A stretch of 63,877 bases of DNA, filler included, from Lenisia limosa (Eukaryota; Protista; Breviatea): the NCBI GenBank assembly GCA_001655205.1. It is 15 parts of 15 records of this genome, joined end to end, with 100 filler letters (N's around TTAATTAATTAA, not from the genome) between each part and the next. Parts side by side here need not be neighbours in the genome. Positions count along the whole stretch, not along the records: positions 9,510 to 12,067 come from LPNZ01008410.1; positions 12,168 to 26,520 come from LPNZ01011602.1; 13 more parts are not named here. One strand, given 5' to 3'. The position numbers and the translations under genes were made by a program. The notes below the pieces were generated by a model. It made no database searches. It was not told the DNA's origin and saw only the letters and a list, made by a program, of their open reading frames with translations. Shown piece after piece: positions 12,067 to 24,977 of the stretch (position 1 is its first letter; the number at the start of each line of letters is the position of its first letter).

Positions 12067-12774
12067 ANNNNNNNNNNNNNNNNNNNNNNNNNNNNNNNNN
12101 NNNNNNNNNNNTTAATTAATTAANNNNNNNNNNNNNNNNNNNNNNNNNNNNNNNNNNNNNNNNNNNNTCCTGGGGTGAACAGTTTTTCAACATTTTCGAT
12201 GCCTCGGAAGGGCAACTGTACTTCAACTTTTTGCTTGTAATAATAACTTTGTATAAATAGTAGACATGTACACACACCCAACCCCAACCATTGCAGCAAT
12301 AGGACGAGAAATAGGGGCTGCTTCCAAACTGACGGATTAAACAGACAATAATGACGCGATATTAATCATCATAGGGTTGTTTCTGACCTTGGGAATGTAA
12401 CTTTAGAGTTTACCTAATATCTCAATTTGGTCATCCTTACATTTCATATGTCCATTCACAACCCCCCCCCCCCTANNNNNNNNNNNNNNNNNNNNNNNNN
12501 NNNNNNNNNNNNNNNNNNNNNNNNNNNNNNNNNNNNNNNNNNNNNNNNNNNNNNNNNNNNNNNNNNNNNNNNNTCTCAAAAGAGCGGGCGGCTTAGCAAA
12601 AATTGGAGCCACAGGGGCCGTCTAGAGGATAATTGGAGATCCAGTTTAATGCCAATTATGAAGAAAATATTTCACAAAAGTTAAGCTTGAAACAGCATGT
12701 CATTGATTACTAATCAAATATGAGGTGTTATAATGATAATGTATTACCTTTACTTTTGCAAACACAACCTTTCC

Positions 12775-13808
12775 ACCAACCTTCGTAGATTCAATAGGTT
12801 CCACGTCATCTTCCTCTTCTTCATCACCATCTGAATACGTCAAAGAAACATTCAAGATTAAAACATGCTGTTCATCTTTTAAAATCCTATTTTGTCTTGC
12901 ATACCGACGAGTGCGTTCAGCATTTTCTGCTGTTTTTTACTGAGTTTCACAGGAGCCACCTCATTGACTGCTTTCTACTCATGTAAGAGAAATGAGCGTG
13001 TTTGCTACAACAAACACCATGGTTGACCAAGCATATTTCAATATATTTATACAATATCGTAAGGGATCGAAATTCGCATTTAGATATCGCAAGTGGCTCC
13101 TTTAGAGTAGACATGGGATGGGTATCCCTCCTCCCACTTTGGCATCCATCTCCGACATCCAGGGCATGTTGGCTTCGTCACTATCGTATTCTTCATCCTC
13201 AGAGAGTACCTGGGGGGAGGGGTGAATTAATATATGTATAACAACAAAAACACACTGAAAGCAAAAGAACTCGATATCGGAATATCAGCTTCAAAAACAG
13301 CTTCCTTTTTTTCTTACCCCCCACTCCTTCATCATCTTCAATCATTGTCTCGTGCTGTTGCTTGCGAGCCTCAAACTCCTGACGCTCGGCCGCCTCCTTC
13401 GACTGTCGATTCAGAAGACTTGCAATACTGATGAGGGGTAAGTGGTGTGTTCCACACAATGGAAACTATGAAGATGGTGATATTGGTGGAAATGTTAGAG
13501 TGGACTTGGCTATCTCTCTGCACTACTCGTGGTGAACCCCTCTGCCTCTTCGCTCATAATCCCACCTTACTCTAAATGGATATGGCACGGGAATGAGTGC
13601 AACCAAAGCCTTACCCACAAATCGTAAAACAGACCACTCACGCTAGCTGTTTGCGGTTTCTCTTTCTGAGTTTGGAGGACGTTTGCGGGCTCTGAACTGG
13701 TACTGTGATTCTCAGCCGATTCGGTGACGTCACGGTTTCTGTGCTGGTTAGTCGAAACTGGGCTCGGTTGAAATAGAATAGACAATGATCGGCGTGATTG
13801 TGATGTGC
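12775..13808 (-). CDS. Hypothetical acidic/low-complexity protein, multi-exon fragment
   Basis: GT-AG-bounded exons give RQSKEAAERQEFEARKQQHETMIEDDEG / VLSEDEEYDSDEANMPWMSEMDAK / EVAPVKLSKKQQKMLNALV / YSDGDEEEEDDVEPIESTK. No family recognised. Confidence 0.4.
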
Positions 13809-13821
13809 TGTAATATATAAT

Positions 13822-13964
13822 ATAGCAATGAGAAATAAAGATGTATCTGGCCGAAGCCGTCCTCACCATCACGCTTATCAGAGATATTGGACTATAGTAT
13901 AGTATTAATACACCCAATCATTTGCCTTACAACTCTGTGCACACAGCTTTCTGCGTGCCTCCCC
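13822..13964 (-). repeat. Family B intronic element, near full-length copy of about 140 bp
   Basis: Reverse complement reads GGGGAGGCACGCAGAAAGCTGTGTGCACAGAGTTGTAAGGCAAATGATTGGGTGTATTAATACTATACTATAGTCCAATATCTCTGATAAGCGTGATGGTGAGGACGGCTTCGGCCAGATAC..TTTATTTCTCATTGCTAT. Other copies at about 495-540, 1282-1410, 2115-2175, 14765-14815, 25160-25230, 26420-26520, 27995-28070, 29855-29905, 50340-50372, 53208-53346, 54515-54590 and 62630-62672. Confidence 0.85.
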
Positions 13965-14307
13965 AGCATAGTGTAATAGTATATTTAGAAAAATTTTCTT
14001 ATAAAACAACTGAAACATAGTTATTGATAGTAGGAAACTGACCTCACAGAAATATATTGTTAGACATTAGATATTCTTTGATTCAATAATAAAAAACATC
14101 ACCATAATAGTCCTTTCACCCCCNNNNNNNNNNAAACGAATAATCTGAAACTCCAAACAAACACAAAGCAAACACAAAGCAAACACAAAACAAAACACAA
14201 AACAAAACAAAAAAAATATCGACATTTTAAACGGTCTTTTTTGGACCGTAGGAAGCCCTAGTTATCTTTAACATAAAACCCCACAAAATGCAACCCAAGG
14301 CCAGTCA

Positions 14308-17300
14308 TACTTGGGTCGGGTTTTTCATGGTATAAGACGGCACAATAGCGCACACGCTGTACTTGTCGCTGTAGGACACTTTACCCTCAAGGTCATAGGG
14401 GGTGACGGCCGCCAACTGGTGCAGCTGGATGGTGAGTATTTTGGGTACGTGACCAACTCGTTGCGTGCATTCTTGTGCCACGTATTTGACTGCCTTGCTT
14501 CGCAGATCCTCGCGGGCCTGGGGAAGGGGGGAGGTGAGGAATGGCAATAACGTAACAAAAAAAGAGTGGACAAAACGAATGGAAGGGGTCAACGTTGAAA
14601 GTGGGTCACAGCAAACCTCTCGCTCAAACATCGGCAACAAGTGGGTGTAGAGAGCGTATTTGATAGCGTTTTTGCGAACCGTGTCCCACTAAACATGTGA
14701 CATGCAATGAGAAATANNNNNNNNNNAAGCCCCTGCATAATAACCCAGATAGTAATAGGAAATAATAATTCCCAATCATTTGCCAAACAACTCTATGCAC
14801 ACAGCTTTCTGCAACATATAATATAGAAAGACCTACATCAGAGAAGCCAGGAGCACTGTTGTTCTCGAACCACTTTTCAACTGTTTGCACGTGGCCCTCC
14901 TCCAGCTAAACCGTGAGAAGCGAGGGGAAATGATACCAAGATGCGGAGGAAGGGGTACTGGAAAAGTAAAATTGAAAATTTATGAAACAAAATAAAAGTA
15001 AGCCCAAAATCAACTCTATTGGCTAGCACCAACACACAAGGGTTGAAACAACAAAACAAACAAAGTCCAGGCCAGTCGCTTCTGCAGCCCCGCATCCCAT
15101 CACTCCAGCATNNNNNNNNNNNNNNNNNNNNNNNNNNNNNNNNNNNNNNNNNNNNNNNNNNNNNNNNNNNNNNNNNNNNTATCATTTGCTGGCTCTCAGC
15201 CTTGGCCAAAAGGAGGTAGAGTTCTTTAGAGAACGTAGATAATGGCTTCTTGACCAACCACTTGACTGCGCCGAATGGATGTGTCGCTGTCATGGTGGGC
15301 TGAGGGGTGAGACCGAAACGATGTACCTACCGCGCCCTTGTTGGTCGGAATCGTAGTGATGGTTGCGTGCATTTTGTAAAGGTCTCGTGCCGCTGCTCGG
15401 AACTACAATGTTAGATTCGTTGGCATTGTGCCTCTCTCACCAGAGGTTGATAAGACAGAATTCGGCCGAAAACGGAAGTTGCCTTTTTGAGGCAAATGCT
15501 CTTGACTACAGACTCAACCTGCTCGTCCTCCTTCACCAACTCAATAACCTAAGGTGTCAGATCCGCTTGTCAAATGAAGCCTCACCAATTCGGGGTCATC
15601 TTCGCACTCTTTCGGGGTCTCCATTTGGAACCCGTTGCCGATGTTGACGGCAATGTCGGCGGCGGAAAGTCCGATGCGCTACATGTGTTAACCAGGGTGG
15701 TACTTCAGTGAAGAAGTCAGATGTAATTATGAATATATTTTGTGATACACTACTTATACTATATGCTGACCATTTATAATATGCAAATCAACATATCTCT
15801 TTATAAATACTCCCCTTTTTGCCCCTTTTCTCTTCAGCCGACCTTGCTATCATATCAGATCAGATACAAAACGATGACATAACCGCTTACGTGGATGAAG
15901 TCATGGTAGATCGAAATATCGCGTGCAAGGGCAAGCCGAGTGGGGTTGCTGTTTGGCTGCAACGGTCATCGATGCGAGCAAGTATTAATATTGTTTTAAA
16001 AAAATATTACGTACAAATAGTAAATATCAGAGCAAAAAGTTCCAGTAACGTCATCTTTTTATTAAGTTTTACTGTCGGTTGTTTATCAACATGTTAATCA
16101 CGCAAGTCAAGCTTCTATTTGTATACCAACCGAGCCCAATTTTGAATATACCCTGCATTCAAAGCCTACCTCATCCTTGATTTCACTGAAACAATCCGAG
16201 GCCATTGCGAGCGCCTTAGGGTTGTCCTTGGACCCGAGAAGAACCTACAGCGTCAGAACATTATAGAATTGACTTGCTCAGCAATTTTAGAAAAGTCAAT
16301 TTCACAAGCACATGTGATTAAAAGCAACAAAACACGAAACATATATTGCTGGATTCCTCTGCCCCGGTCTTTTAACCACAGTCCCACCTTGACGAAATCG
16401 TTAATGTCATTGAGGGCATCGGCACTTCGCACGTCTCGAATGTGCGAGGCAAAGGACAGCATCTCTGCATCACTGCAACGTCAGATCCCTCATGCGGCAC
16501 TTACGTGTTGTCAAAAGCTGGGTTGTCGTCATTAAACTTCTCGAGGTATGACTCCCTCTTGGCGAAGATCGAAGCCCATTGTTCGTCAAGCTCAACAATT
16601 TCAAAGATCTGGGGCTCTGACAGGATATTGACATATTCGTCCTTGCGGTACACCATAATGCGACCAGCGTCCTCCTATGGGGGTAATGAAAAATGAGGGA
16701 AACAAACGTGGTCCTTCAGATGCCTGTTGAGCACTCCCGAAATGCAGTCAACGGTTTTGGTCTCCGATGCTTGGTCATTTCCCTATTAAGTCACCAACGA
16801 AGGAAATTTCGATGAAACAAAGAAACCCAAAATCAAATCTGTTGGCTGACAAAACACGAGCGGGGGGGGGGNNNNNNNNNNNNNNNNNNNNNNNNNNNNN
16901 NNNNNNNNNACACAAGGGTTAATAACAACAAAACAAACAAAGCCGAGGCCAGTCATTTCTACAGCACCGCATTCCATCACTCCAACAAACAAAGCCCAGG
17001 CCAGTCGCTTCAACAGCACCGCATCCCATCACTCCAGCGTACGAGGGGGGGGGGTAGACTTTATTCACACAATACATTAATTTGCAAATATTCTGAGTTT
17101 CAGGCAATACTACAAGAGAGCAGAGGACCTACATTTGGGAAGATCTGGCCATAGATCCACTCAGCCTCCTCATCAACGAACTCGGGCTCAAAGCTCTTAG
17201 GATGACGTGGCACCTTGAGACGGCTGATCTGTTGCCACTCAGGCAGGTCCGTAAGCCTGATCTGGTCGTCTTTGGCGGTCATGAAGTTCTCCTTCAACGA

Positions 17301-18636
17301 CCTATAGTGTTAGCACTGTATTTTGGCCACTAACTGTTCATCGAAGAAAGAGGCTTTGCTGACGGCTGGCTCGGCCTCTGACTCCTCTTCGCTCTCAATC
17401 TGAAACGTCAGAAATAGATTATAACTTCAGCTTTCTACTCTGCCAACAAAGAGGGGATAAATCCTCGATTAAATGAACCTTATGGAATCCCCATTCATAC
17501 CACACACAAGGGCTTGGAAAAAAAAAACAAGAAAAAGATAGGGTAGGAGTGGGATCATAGTGCAAACAAAGAATCCCAAGCCTACATCACTGAGCTCAGC
17601 AAAAAGAGCACCAGAGTCGGCAAAAAGAGACCGGTAGCGATGCCTGTCGTCTCCACCAGCAGACTGGCGAATGGCGTTCTGGGGAGTGAGGGTTTTTTGC
17701 AGTAAAGTCTCTATTGAATCTTGGATCATAGAGATCCGGCGGTGAGCGGCACCCACGTTGTCCTTGTCGACGATGAAACCATCCATGTCATCTTCGTCCT
17801 CGTCCTTATCAATGTAGTCCATGATGTCACGCGGGCCGTCGGCTGCCGGAAGAGCCACAACCGGTGATGGTGTCCGTTCGTGTGTCGACAGGGGGGTCAT
17901 GGACCTGAGGGGTAATGGAAACTTATCCAAAAAAAAACATGAATTCCAAAAAAATGAAAAACCTCTACCAGGATGTGATCTTCAGCTATCCTTTCTCAAA
18001 AGACATGCTTATTACGAACTCTGAAGCTCCTTAAAAAAAAAGCAACGAATGATGCAAATAATAAGAGAACAAAAACAACAAACTCATATAAAACCTCAAA
18101 AATAGCTTACATCAGTATTGCAAGCGTCTTTCCCAATTCTCACATAATTGGGTGATATGATGATGGTCAATAATTATTTATTTTTTTTATTTGGGGGNNN
18201 NNNNNNNNNNNNNNNNNNNNNNNNNNNNNNNNNNNNNNNNNNNNNNNNNNNNNNNNNNNNNNNNNNNNNNNNNNNNNNNNNNNNNNNNNNNNNNNTTCTT
18301 TGAGACTGTTACACAGGACCCTTTGAGAGCGGAAAGAAACACCCAGCAAACCCGTCATCAGAGTCAGGCTCATCGTCAACGAAAGCGGATCTGACGGGAG
18401 AGGGGCTGCGTGAGTCTTTACGCTCTCTTTTTGGCTCTGGGGATGGAGACCTGTTTTTGTTAATGAGAAGAGTGAACTGTAAGAAAATTGAATAATAATG
18501 AAAGGGGGTGCATTGCGCAAGGTAACGGTGGTTGCGACACAAATATTAACTGAAAGCCAGGTAGTCTAGAACACACCTTGAAACTTTTTTACTTGGCCGC
18601 TTGCGAATAATGGTATCATCGCTGTCACTGTCGGAC
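14308..18636 (-). CDS. SPT6: Transcription elongation factor / histone chaperone SPT6, N-terminal half
   Basis: Acidic N-terminus, then KENFMTAKDDQIRLTDLPE..EEAEWIY, IMVYRKDEY..LDEQWASIFAKR, IRDVRSADALNDINDF, RIGLSAADIAVNIGNGF, HPFGAVKWLVKKPL..YLLLAKAESQQMI and AVKYVAQECTQR..LAAVTPY. These follow the order of recalled SPT6 motifs. Confidence 0.88.
14966..15111 (-). repeat. Family C element, near full-length, sense to the SPT6 intron
   Basis: Reverse complement ATGCTGGAGTGATGGGATGCGGGGCTGCAGAAGCGACTGGCCTGGACTTTGTTTGTTTTGTTG..GCCAATAGAGTTGATTTTGGGCTT..TTTGTTTCATAAATTTTCAATTTTAC, about 60 nt upstream of the acceptor. Confidence 0.85.
16797..17042 (-). repeat. Family C element with a duplicated 5' module, SPT6 intron
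   Basis: Two tandem GGAGTGATGG(G/A)ATGCGGTGCTG modules followed by the GCCAACAGATTTGATTTTGGG module, ending just before the acceptor at about 16785. Confidence 0.85.
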
Positions 18637-19340
18637 TGCGGTGTAAGGGGGGGGGGGGGGNNNNNNNNNNNNNNNNNNNNNNNNNNNNNNNNNNNNNNNN
18701 NNNNNNNNNNNNNNNNNNNNNNNNNNNNNNNNNNNNNNNNNNNNNATTATGATATTCTTTCAAGAAGATGCCTCCTTCGTTATTAAGATCAGCTGCAGGG
18801 CTGACTGTTCAAAAGGGTGGCTGGGCAACTTCTAATATTGAACAAAGCAGATGTTCATAAGTTGGTTGTGACCAGATGGCCTCTTGTTGTCTATGCTGGA
18901 ATTTCTTCTTCTAATATCCCTTAAACACCTTCCTCTCAATCTTCAGCAATCTCTCAGCGGAGGGGGGTGGCTTCTTTGGGTATAAAGCTATTGAACCTCT
19001 TTTTTCTGTGGTTTTAAGGCAACCCCTCTTTCTCTCTTTCTATTTAACAACTCAAAAACTCAAGAAGTATCTAATCAAGCAAAAAAGGCAGCTGGTTTTG
19101 GGTTTTTGGTTTCCCCAATATAAGACCAGTCACCTAGGGTTGGGATCCTCCTTGGTTGCGAACCCGCCAAAATTATAGTTCGTATCTTCTTATATTCTCA
19201 ATATGTTCTTTATCTTTATGCCAATTATGCATGCATGCCTCCTGGATCGGTGGAAGACTTACTTATGCAAAACCGGAATTGAGATACTGAGATACATGAG
19301 GTTCTATCAACCTTTAAAAAAGAAGAGAAACAAACGGAAC

Positions 19341-21249
19341 CTAGCTACTTTGGCTTCTCACTGAGAGCACCATTATCGCCGATATCACAAGAATCACAAG
19401 CAAAATAATACATAACTTCTGACGGTAGGCCTTCTGGTACTTGCTAGCCTAGTATGTCAGATGGCTTAATATATAGAGATGAGAAAAAAAAAAAAAAAAG
19501 GTTAAATGGCCGAAATCAACACCATCATGCTTATAAGAAGAAAATAGTATCATTGGGTGCAGCTGTCACTCACTTTCTGTTGTTCGGAGACTGCTTTGCT
19601 GATGTGAGTGGAAACCTGCTCAACATTGTAGTCAATACGATCCAGTATCGTACCCTAAGTAATAAGCAGAACGTCTTATTGTTATTATTCTTTTGAATGC
19701 AGTCCGTTCAATCTGCTGAAAAACAAGGAGAAACCAATGTGAAATAAGAATCAATCTAGTCGTTGATACCTTTGCTTGCGAATAATATTAATAAAAATGA
19801 TACAATCTGTGTTTCATGACTTCCAAAAAACCCTACCTGCTCTACCACAAGCGTTGACAGATCCTTGAAGATCTCAGCAAGGTCGGCAACTGATTGGGCA
19901 ATTTTGGTGACTGCCGAGTCTCGGTCTGCTGTCACAGCCTCCAAACTCTCCATCTCCTGTCGCTGACTCTCACTGAATCCTCTCTACACTGTCAGATTCA
20001 TCCAGTTACACAGGATATAAACTAAGACAGGTAAGATTGACAAACATCAAAATAAGCCTGGTCGGGCTGTGTTGCAAGCGCATCATCGAAGTCTGTCCGT
20101 AAAGACTGCTCTCTCTTCTCAAGACCTAATCAATAACAGGCTTGAAGGAAATGACTAAAGAGTTTTGGGCAATGATTACATATTTGGTTTTAGTTCGGTT
20201 CGTAAAATTCATTGTTTTTAGAACTAAAGTGAAGCCTAACGTGCCTATAACAGCATAACAGAGTAGTATTTCCTTTACAACTATCCGTTACAAACACTCG
20301 TGTATTAAACGATGCAAAATATGTCAAGTTATACATGATTGCCGGTGCCTAGTGAAAAAAAATCCAACAAATGATTTGCATCTTGTACTTTTTTTATATT
20401 TTGATGATCCTTTTTGATTTGGTTCGTTTCCTCTGGTTAACCAATAACACAAGAATATCATAGCCCAAAAACCACATTTCGCTCTCTAATTTTCCGTCTA
20501 AGTATTTCCCCAAAAAGTGGCAGAAGTATGCACAACCATACAGAATAATTCCCCCTCCCCCTTCTAACTTTGCAAGTATTTTTCCTGTGACCTCTTGAAC
20601 TGGAGCGAGATATTCCTCAAGTCTCCAGCAACTCTAAAGAATCGTAATCAAAAGAGTGCAATCAGTTTGCAACATTGGTGATGTCAAATCTTTAAAAAAT
20701 GAAAAAGGTGTTATTATTTACAGCATCAAAACGATGGAAGGCAATATATAGGAGAATATGTCCTACTCAGTATTCTGGATAAACGAGAAAGTTAAACATC
20801 TCAAGTGCTACTTATTATGCAAGAAGAACAGTGTGGTCCAGGAAGCATACGAAGACTGGGCATTTTTCCTCATCTGCATATCCTTTGACATCGTTTCATT
20901 TGGGTCAACATCTATCGTCGTTATTTGTCGCACCTTTGTCTCAAGTTTTCTAATGTCCTGTTGTAAGTTAGACAGGGACATAGGTTACCATTGATAAATT
21001 TCCAGAACATACCCTTGTTATGGACTGTGTAAGAGCCTCAATCTTGTGGTCTTCATCCATATCATCGTCAAATGATGTCGTTCTAGTTGCGGAATACAAT
21101 CGAGAGAGATCAGTAACTAAAGAATAATAAACCACAGGCACTTCCAAACTCTTTTCTTCAATTCTCTTGATATCGTAATGACACTCATCCACAAGTTGAA
21201 CCCATTGTGGTGAACTAGCGGTGTCCATATCGTATTCAGCATTGTTCAT
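19341..21249 (-). CDS. STX16: Syntaxin-16 (Tlg2-type Qa-SNARE); true start may lie up to about 21420
   Basis: PQWVQLVDECHYDIKRIEEK..TSFDDDMDEDHKIEALTQSITR; DLRNISLQFKRSQEKYL; SNARE motif [42 protein letters not shown]; C-terminal TM KLCIILLVILVISAIMVLSV, with the stop at 19341-19343. Confidence 0.92.
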
Positions 21250-21755
21250 TAGCTAGATTATCAGAAATCATGGAAACACGGTGTTCGCAGTACCAACCGC
21301 ATATTTATCGGACCCATGCGCCTTAACACCCATTTCGACGTCATATCCTGGAGAGTGGAGGTGAGAAGAGGTCAAAAGAGGAATAAGGAACATTACCTCC
21401 GGTTGGTTTAGTGACATGGGTCTCTCTATACTGCATAAACAGTGGAGTTCTATTTCGAGTAGCCATTCTGATGAGGTATTATAGCAGTTTTGTTCTTGTT
21501 GTTATTTTTTGATTCACCAATTTTTCACAAAAATAAATTTTTGAGATGAAGTGAACTGAACTGACAAAATTTCATCACCCCCCCCCCTCCAACTACCAAC
21601 CAGCTTGAGGCTAGAATGATGTGAGGATGATAGATAACATATCAGTAGTAATATGAACATGTTGTTTTGATTGTGTTTGTTTGATAGAAGAAACGATGAA
21701 TGGTACAGTAGAAACATCAAATAGAAACAGACCATAAAAACAAAAAAAATAAAGA

Positions 21756-24385
21756 CTACTGCCAGAGCTTGATGGTACCATCCCAAGAACAAGAAACCAT
21801 CGTGGTTGGGAGAAGGGGATGCCAATCGACGCCAATAGTAACCTAAGATGTCAAATAACACAACGCGTGGGGCTACAAACCTTTTCATGGACGGCTGACA
21901 TTTTCTTAATGATTCTGTTAGTCTTCCAATCCCAGAACCAAAGATTACCTCCAGCATCTCCAGACACCACCATTCTACAAAGTCACAGAAGCAAAGAAGC
22001 AGCAACATTCAATGCATAAAGTACCTTCTCGTTAACTGACTAAAAAAAAAGCCTCTTCTAAACGCCTTGACGTGGCATACCCCCCAACCGTCCATCACAT
22101 GAGAAGCAAGGTCGGCACGCGAAACCACCAAGTTGATGTCCACGGAACTTCTTCTTAGCCACGGGGTAGACTAGAGTGTCACAGAGTGGTTCTTTATTTT
22201 GGTATACCCTTTTCAGTTTTGAGATCCCAAAATCTTCAATCTAACTTTCTGCCCTCTCCAACAATGAAACTATTTTGCAACAAATATTTGAACGCATGAA
22301 AGAAAAAAACAGTAGCCCGCTCACATCTCTCTCCGACTTTGTAGATCGAAATCTGGTTATCAAGTCCCTGGTACATGGTGTATTGTCCTGCAGGGGTGAG
22401 CACAAAAATGGAGCATACCTGAAGGGGAAAGGACACCAGCAGGTTGACTGTGCATTGTTGGCTCGTTCAAGATCTTCGACTCCACAGCAAATCCGTACTC
22501 CCACATTCTCATGGATTTATCATCAGAAGTTGAAATGAAGCGACGGTTTTGGTCCTACGTCGTGAGGCGAATCCGTGTCGACGAAGCTGCTCCCCCCCCC
22601 CCCNNNNNNNNNNNNNNNNNNNNNNNNNNNNNNNNNNNNNNNNNNNNNNNNNNNNNNNNNNNNNNNNNNNNNNNNNNNNNNNNNNNAGTCTTGGATAAGC
22701 TAGGCGGTCAAACAAGCACTCTATTCCACTAATGTTCATTGAATTCGAATGGGTAATTTATCTACACCCCAAGGTTCCAAGCCATACCTTCTTTGACTCT
22801 GTTTCGAAGCCCAGAACCTTCTTATTAGCACATCCAACCAAAAACTCAGTTCCGTGTTCGGCTGCCGGGGTCAAAACAAGACAGCAAACCCAAATTCATG
22901 GAAAGAAAAAAGTGCTACAAAATTGCTTACGATCAGGGTTGAACTGGACGCAATAAGGGATGGTGCCCTCGTTCCATGTGTTGAGGCACTGACCGGTCTC
23001 AGTATCCCAAAGTTTGATGTTCTCATCGTAGCCTGCTGACAGGAATCGACGTCCGTCATGGGAGAACGAAATGTCACGCACAGCTAAAAGCCGTTATCAA
23101 ATGGACGATCTACACTCATATGGCTTCATTTTGGAACAAAGCCAACCTCTGAGATGTCCGTAGTAAGTTCTGATGACATTGCGGTTGTTGTTGATGTCCC
23201 AAAGCTGGGCAATTGTCAGGTGAAGCGAAAAAGAAGAATAAGTTTAAATTCTAATGTTAAAAAAAACACATATTTGCCACCAAGCCTACTTTGACCTTGG
23301 CGTCTGCGGAGGCGGAGAGAAGAAGATGGCCAGTACCAGGGAACCACTGGGTCTTGTTGACCGGTTCGTTGTGACCAAGGTAAGTGTGGGTCTGGGAAAT
23401 AAGGGATAATGAGTCCCGATCCTACGCATTTCCTGGGGATTTGGCAGAAGATATCCGGGTCCTCCTTGACATCGGGAGGAGCATTCATGAAGCTGCCATG
23501 CTGAAAGGTGAGCGGAAATCGCAAAGAAGGTTAATATAATCCCACTGATAAATACAACTGATCTCCCGTCATACTCTGAATATTGCCAAATCCTTGACAT
23601 GAAGAGTAGAGCAATCGCCACGTTCGCGTCTCTTTTTGATTTCATCACCCTCCTGGTCTTTCTTGTGCTTCTTCTTGGGGGCATCGGGGTCAGATGCTTC
23701 TTTGGGGAAGAGAGGCTGAGGGGTCAGAAGTGATTCTCAGAGTTACATTAGAGTTGAAGCTTCACACCACATACTTCTTCACGAACAAACGCAGACTCCA
23801 ACTTGACATTACCACCCTGGTGCTTATGGTACTCTCTGTAGAACGCAACCATGTCAACATGCTCCACTTCCACGTTACTGATGATGAGGAACACAGCAAA
23901 TCCATAAATACAAATCCAAAACTAATATGCAATAAAAAAGAAGATGGAATAAGCTCATGAGTCCTGAAAACATTAACAACAACTCAATACCAACCCAATG
24001 AAAGCATTGTTTCTTCTCATGTTTTGGGCAGCTATACTGGTTAGAATCTCTTTTTAGGCAAATAGGTAAGTAAAAAGGCCACAAAGGCTCACGGGTGACG
24101 CCTGCAGCAGTGGCAGGACCAACATATGGAGCATCCATGTCCTCAACTCTCAAATTGTAGTTCATTTCCGACGCAGTGTGTGATAAAAGGTATGATTGAC
24201 GGGCACCATCATGTTCCTAAGGGTAGTTAACAGAAATGAGTCTTGAGTTAACATACATTGGCGACAGCAACAGATGGAGCGGCATTAATGGACAATGAGC
24301 TTCTTTTTAACATTGCCGGGTCGAACATCGGTCTTTCAGGAGATGAAGGAGGAGAATCATCTCCAAGTAATCCAGCCAGAGACAT
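21756..24385 (-). CDS. CDC40: Pre-mRNA splicing factor CDC40/PRP17 (WD40), essentially complete
   Basis: [10 protein letters not shown]..; [17 protein letters not shown]; STLHVKD; [36 protein letters not shown]; [33 protein letters not shown]; [15 protein letters not shown]; [24 protein letters not shown]. Confidence 0.95.
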
Positions 24386-24977
24386 AGTTGCTTTGAATGT
24401 GGTATTTGCCTGGTCTAAATAGTTCTACAATATACCAAATCACCAATCAACGTAATATGTCAAAAAAGGCTTTCATTTTCAAAAATTGGGCGCCAAAGAG
24501 ACGCCGGCTACCGAAGTTTGAATCTCTTTTTGCTTTTTCGCTTTCTTCTCCTCCTCTCAACGTGAATACAACCATATAGTAATAAAACTGTTAATAATTG
24601 CATAAAGCCATAAAGCTTCCAATGAAGAAAGAATCCCTCGATGGTCTCAATATACAATTGTAAGAGGAATATATTGACTGACAGATAAGTATGGCTGTTT
24701 CTATTAGATCTTCCAAAATAATGTTGTTAGAAGTCTACAGGACTGGAGATGAGAGTAGTGATTTTTCACAGTTAAAAGATGTCTTTACTCCCTCATCAAA
24801 ATTCGAATTTCACTTTCATGACACCTTTTTTAATCTTCTGATTAGGACGAGAGCACCTCATGGCTCAGTCACCAATGCGTTTGAGGGGTTTGAAGATTTT
24901 ATTTACTAAATATATATATTATTTGTTTAATGTTGACAATATACTCTTGTGTTTAGCACTGTGTTTGATCCTCTTAG

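Noticed and set aside
23286-23684. Apparent frameshift in CDC40 (STLHVKD versus EYDGRS in different frames)
   Set aside because: It is resolved by a normal intron (AGA|GTATGA ... TTTCAG|CAT), which gives a continuous frame. The listed ORF is mostly off-frame.
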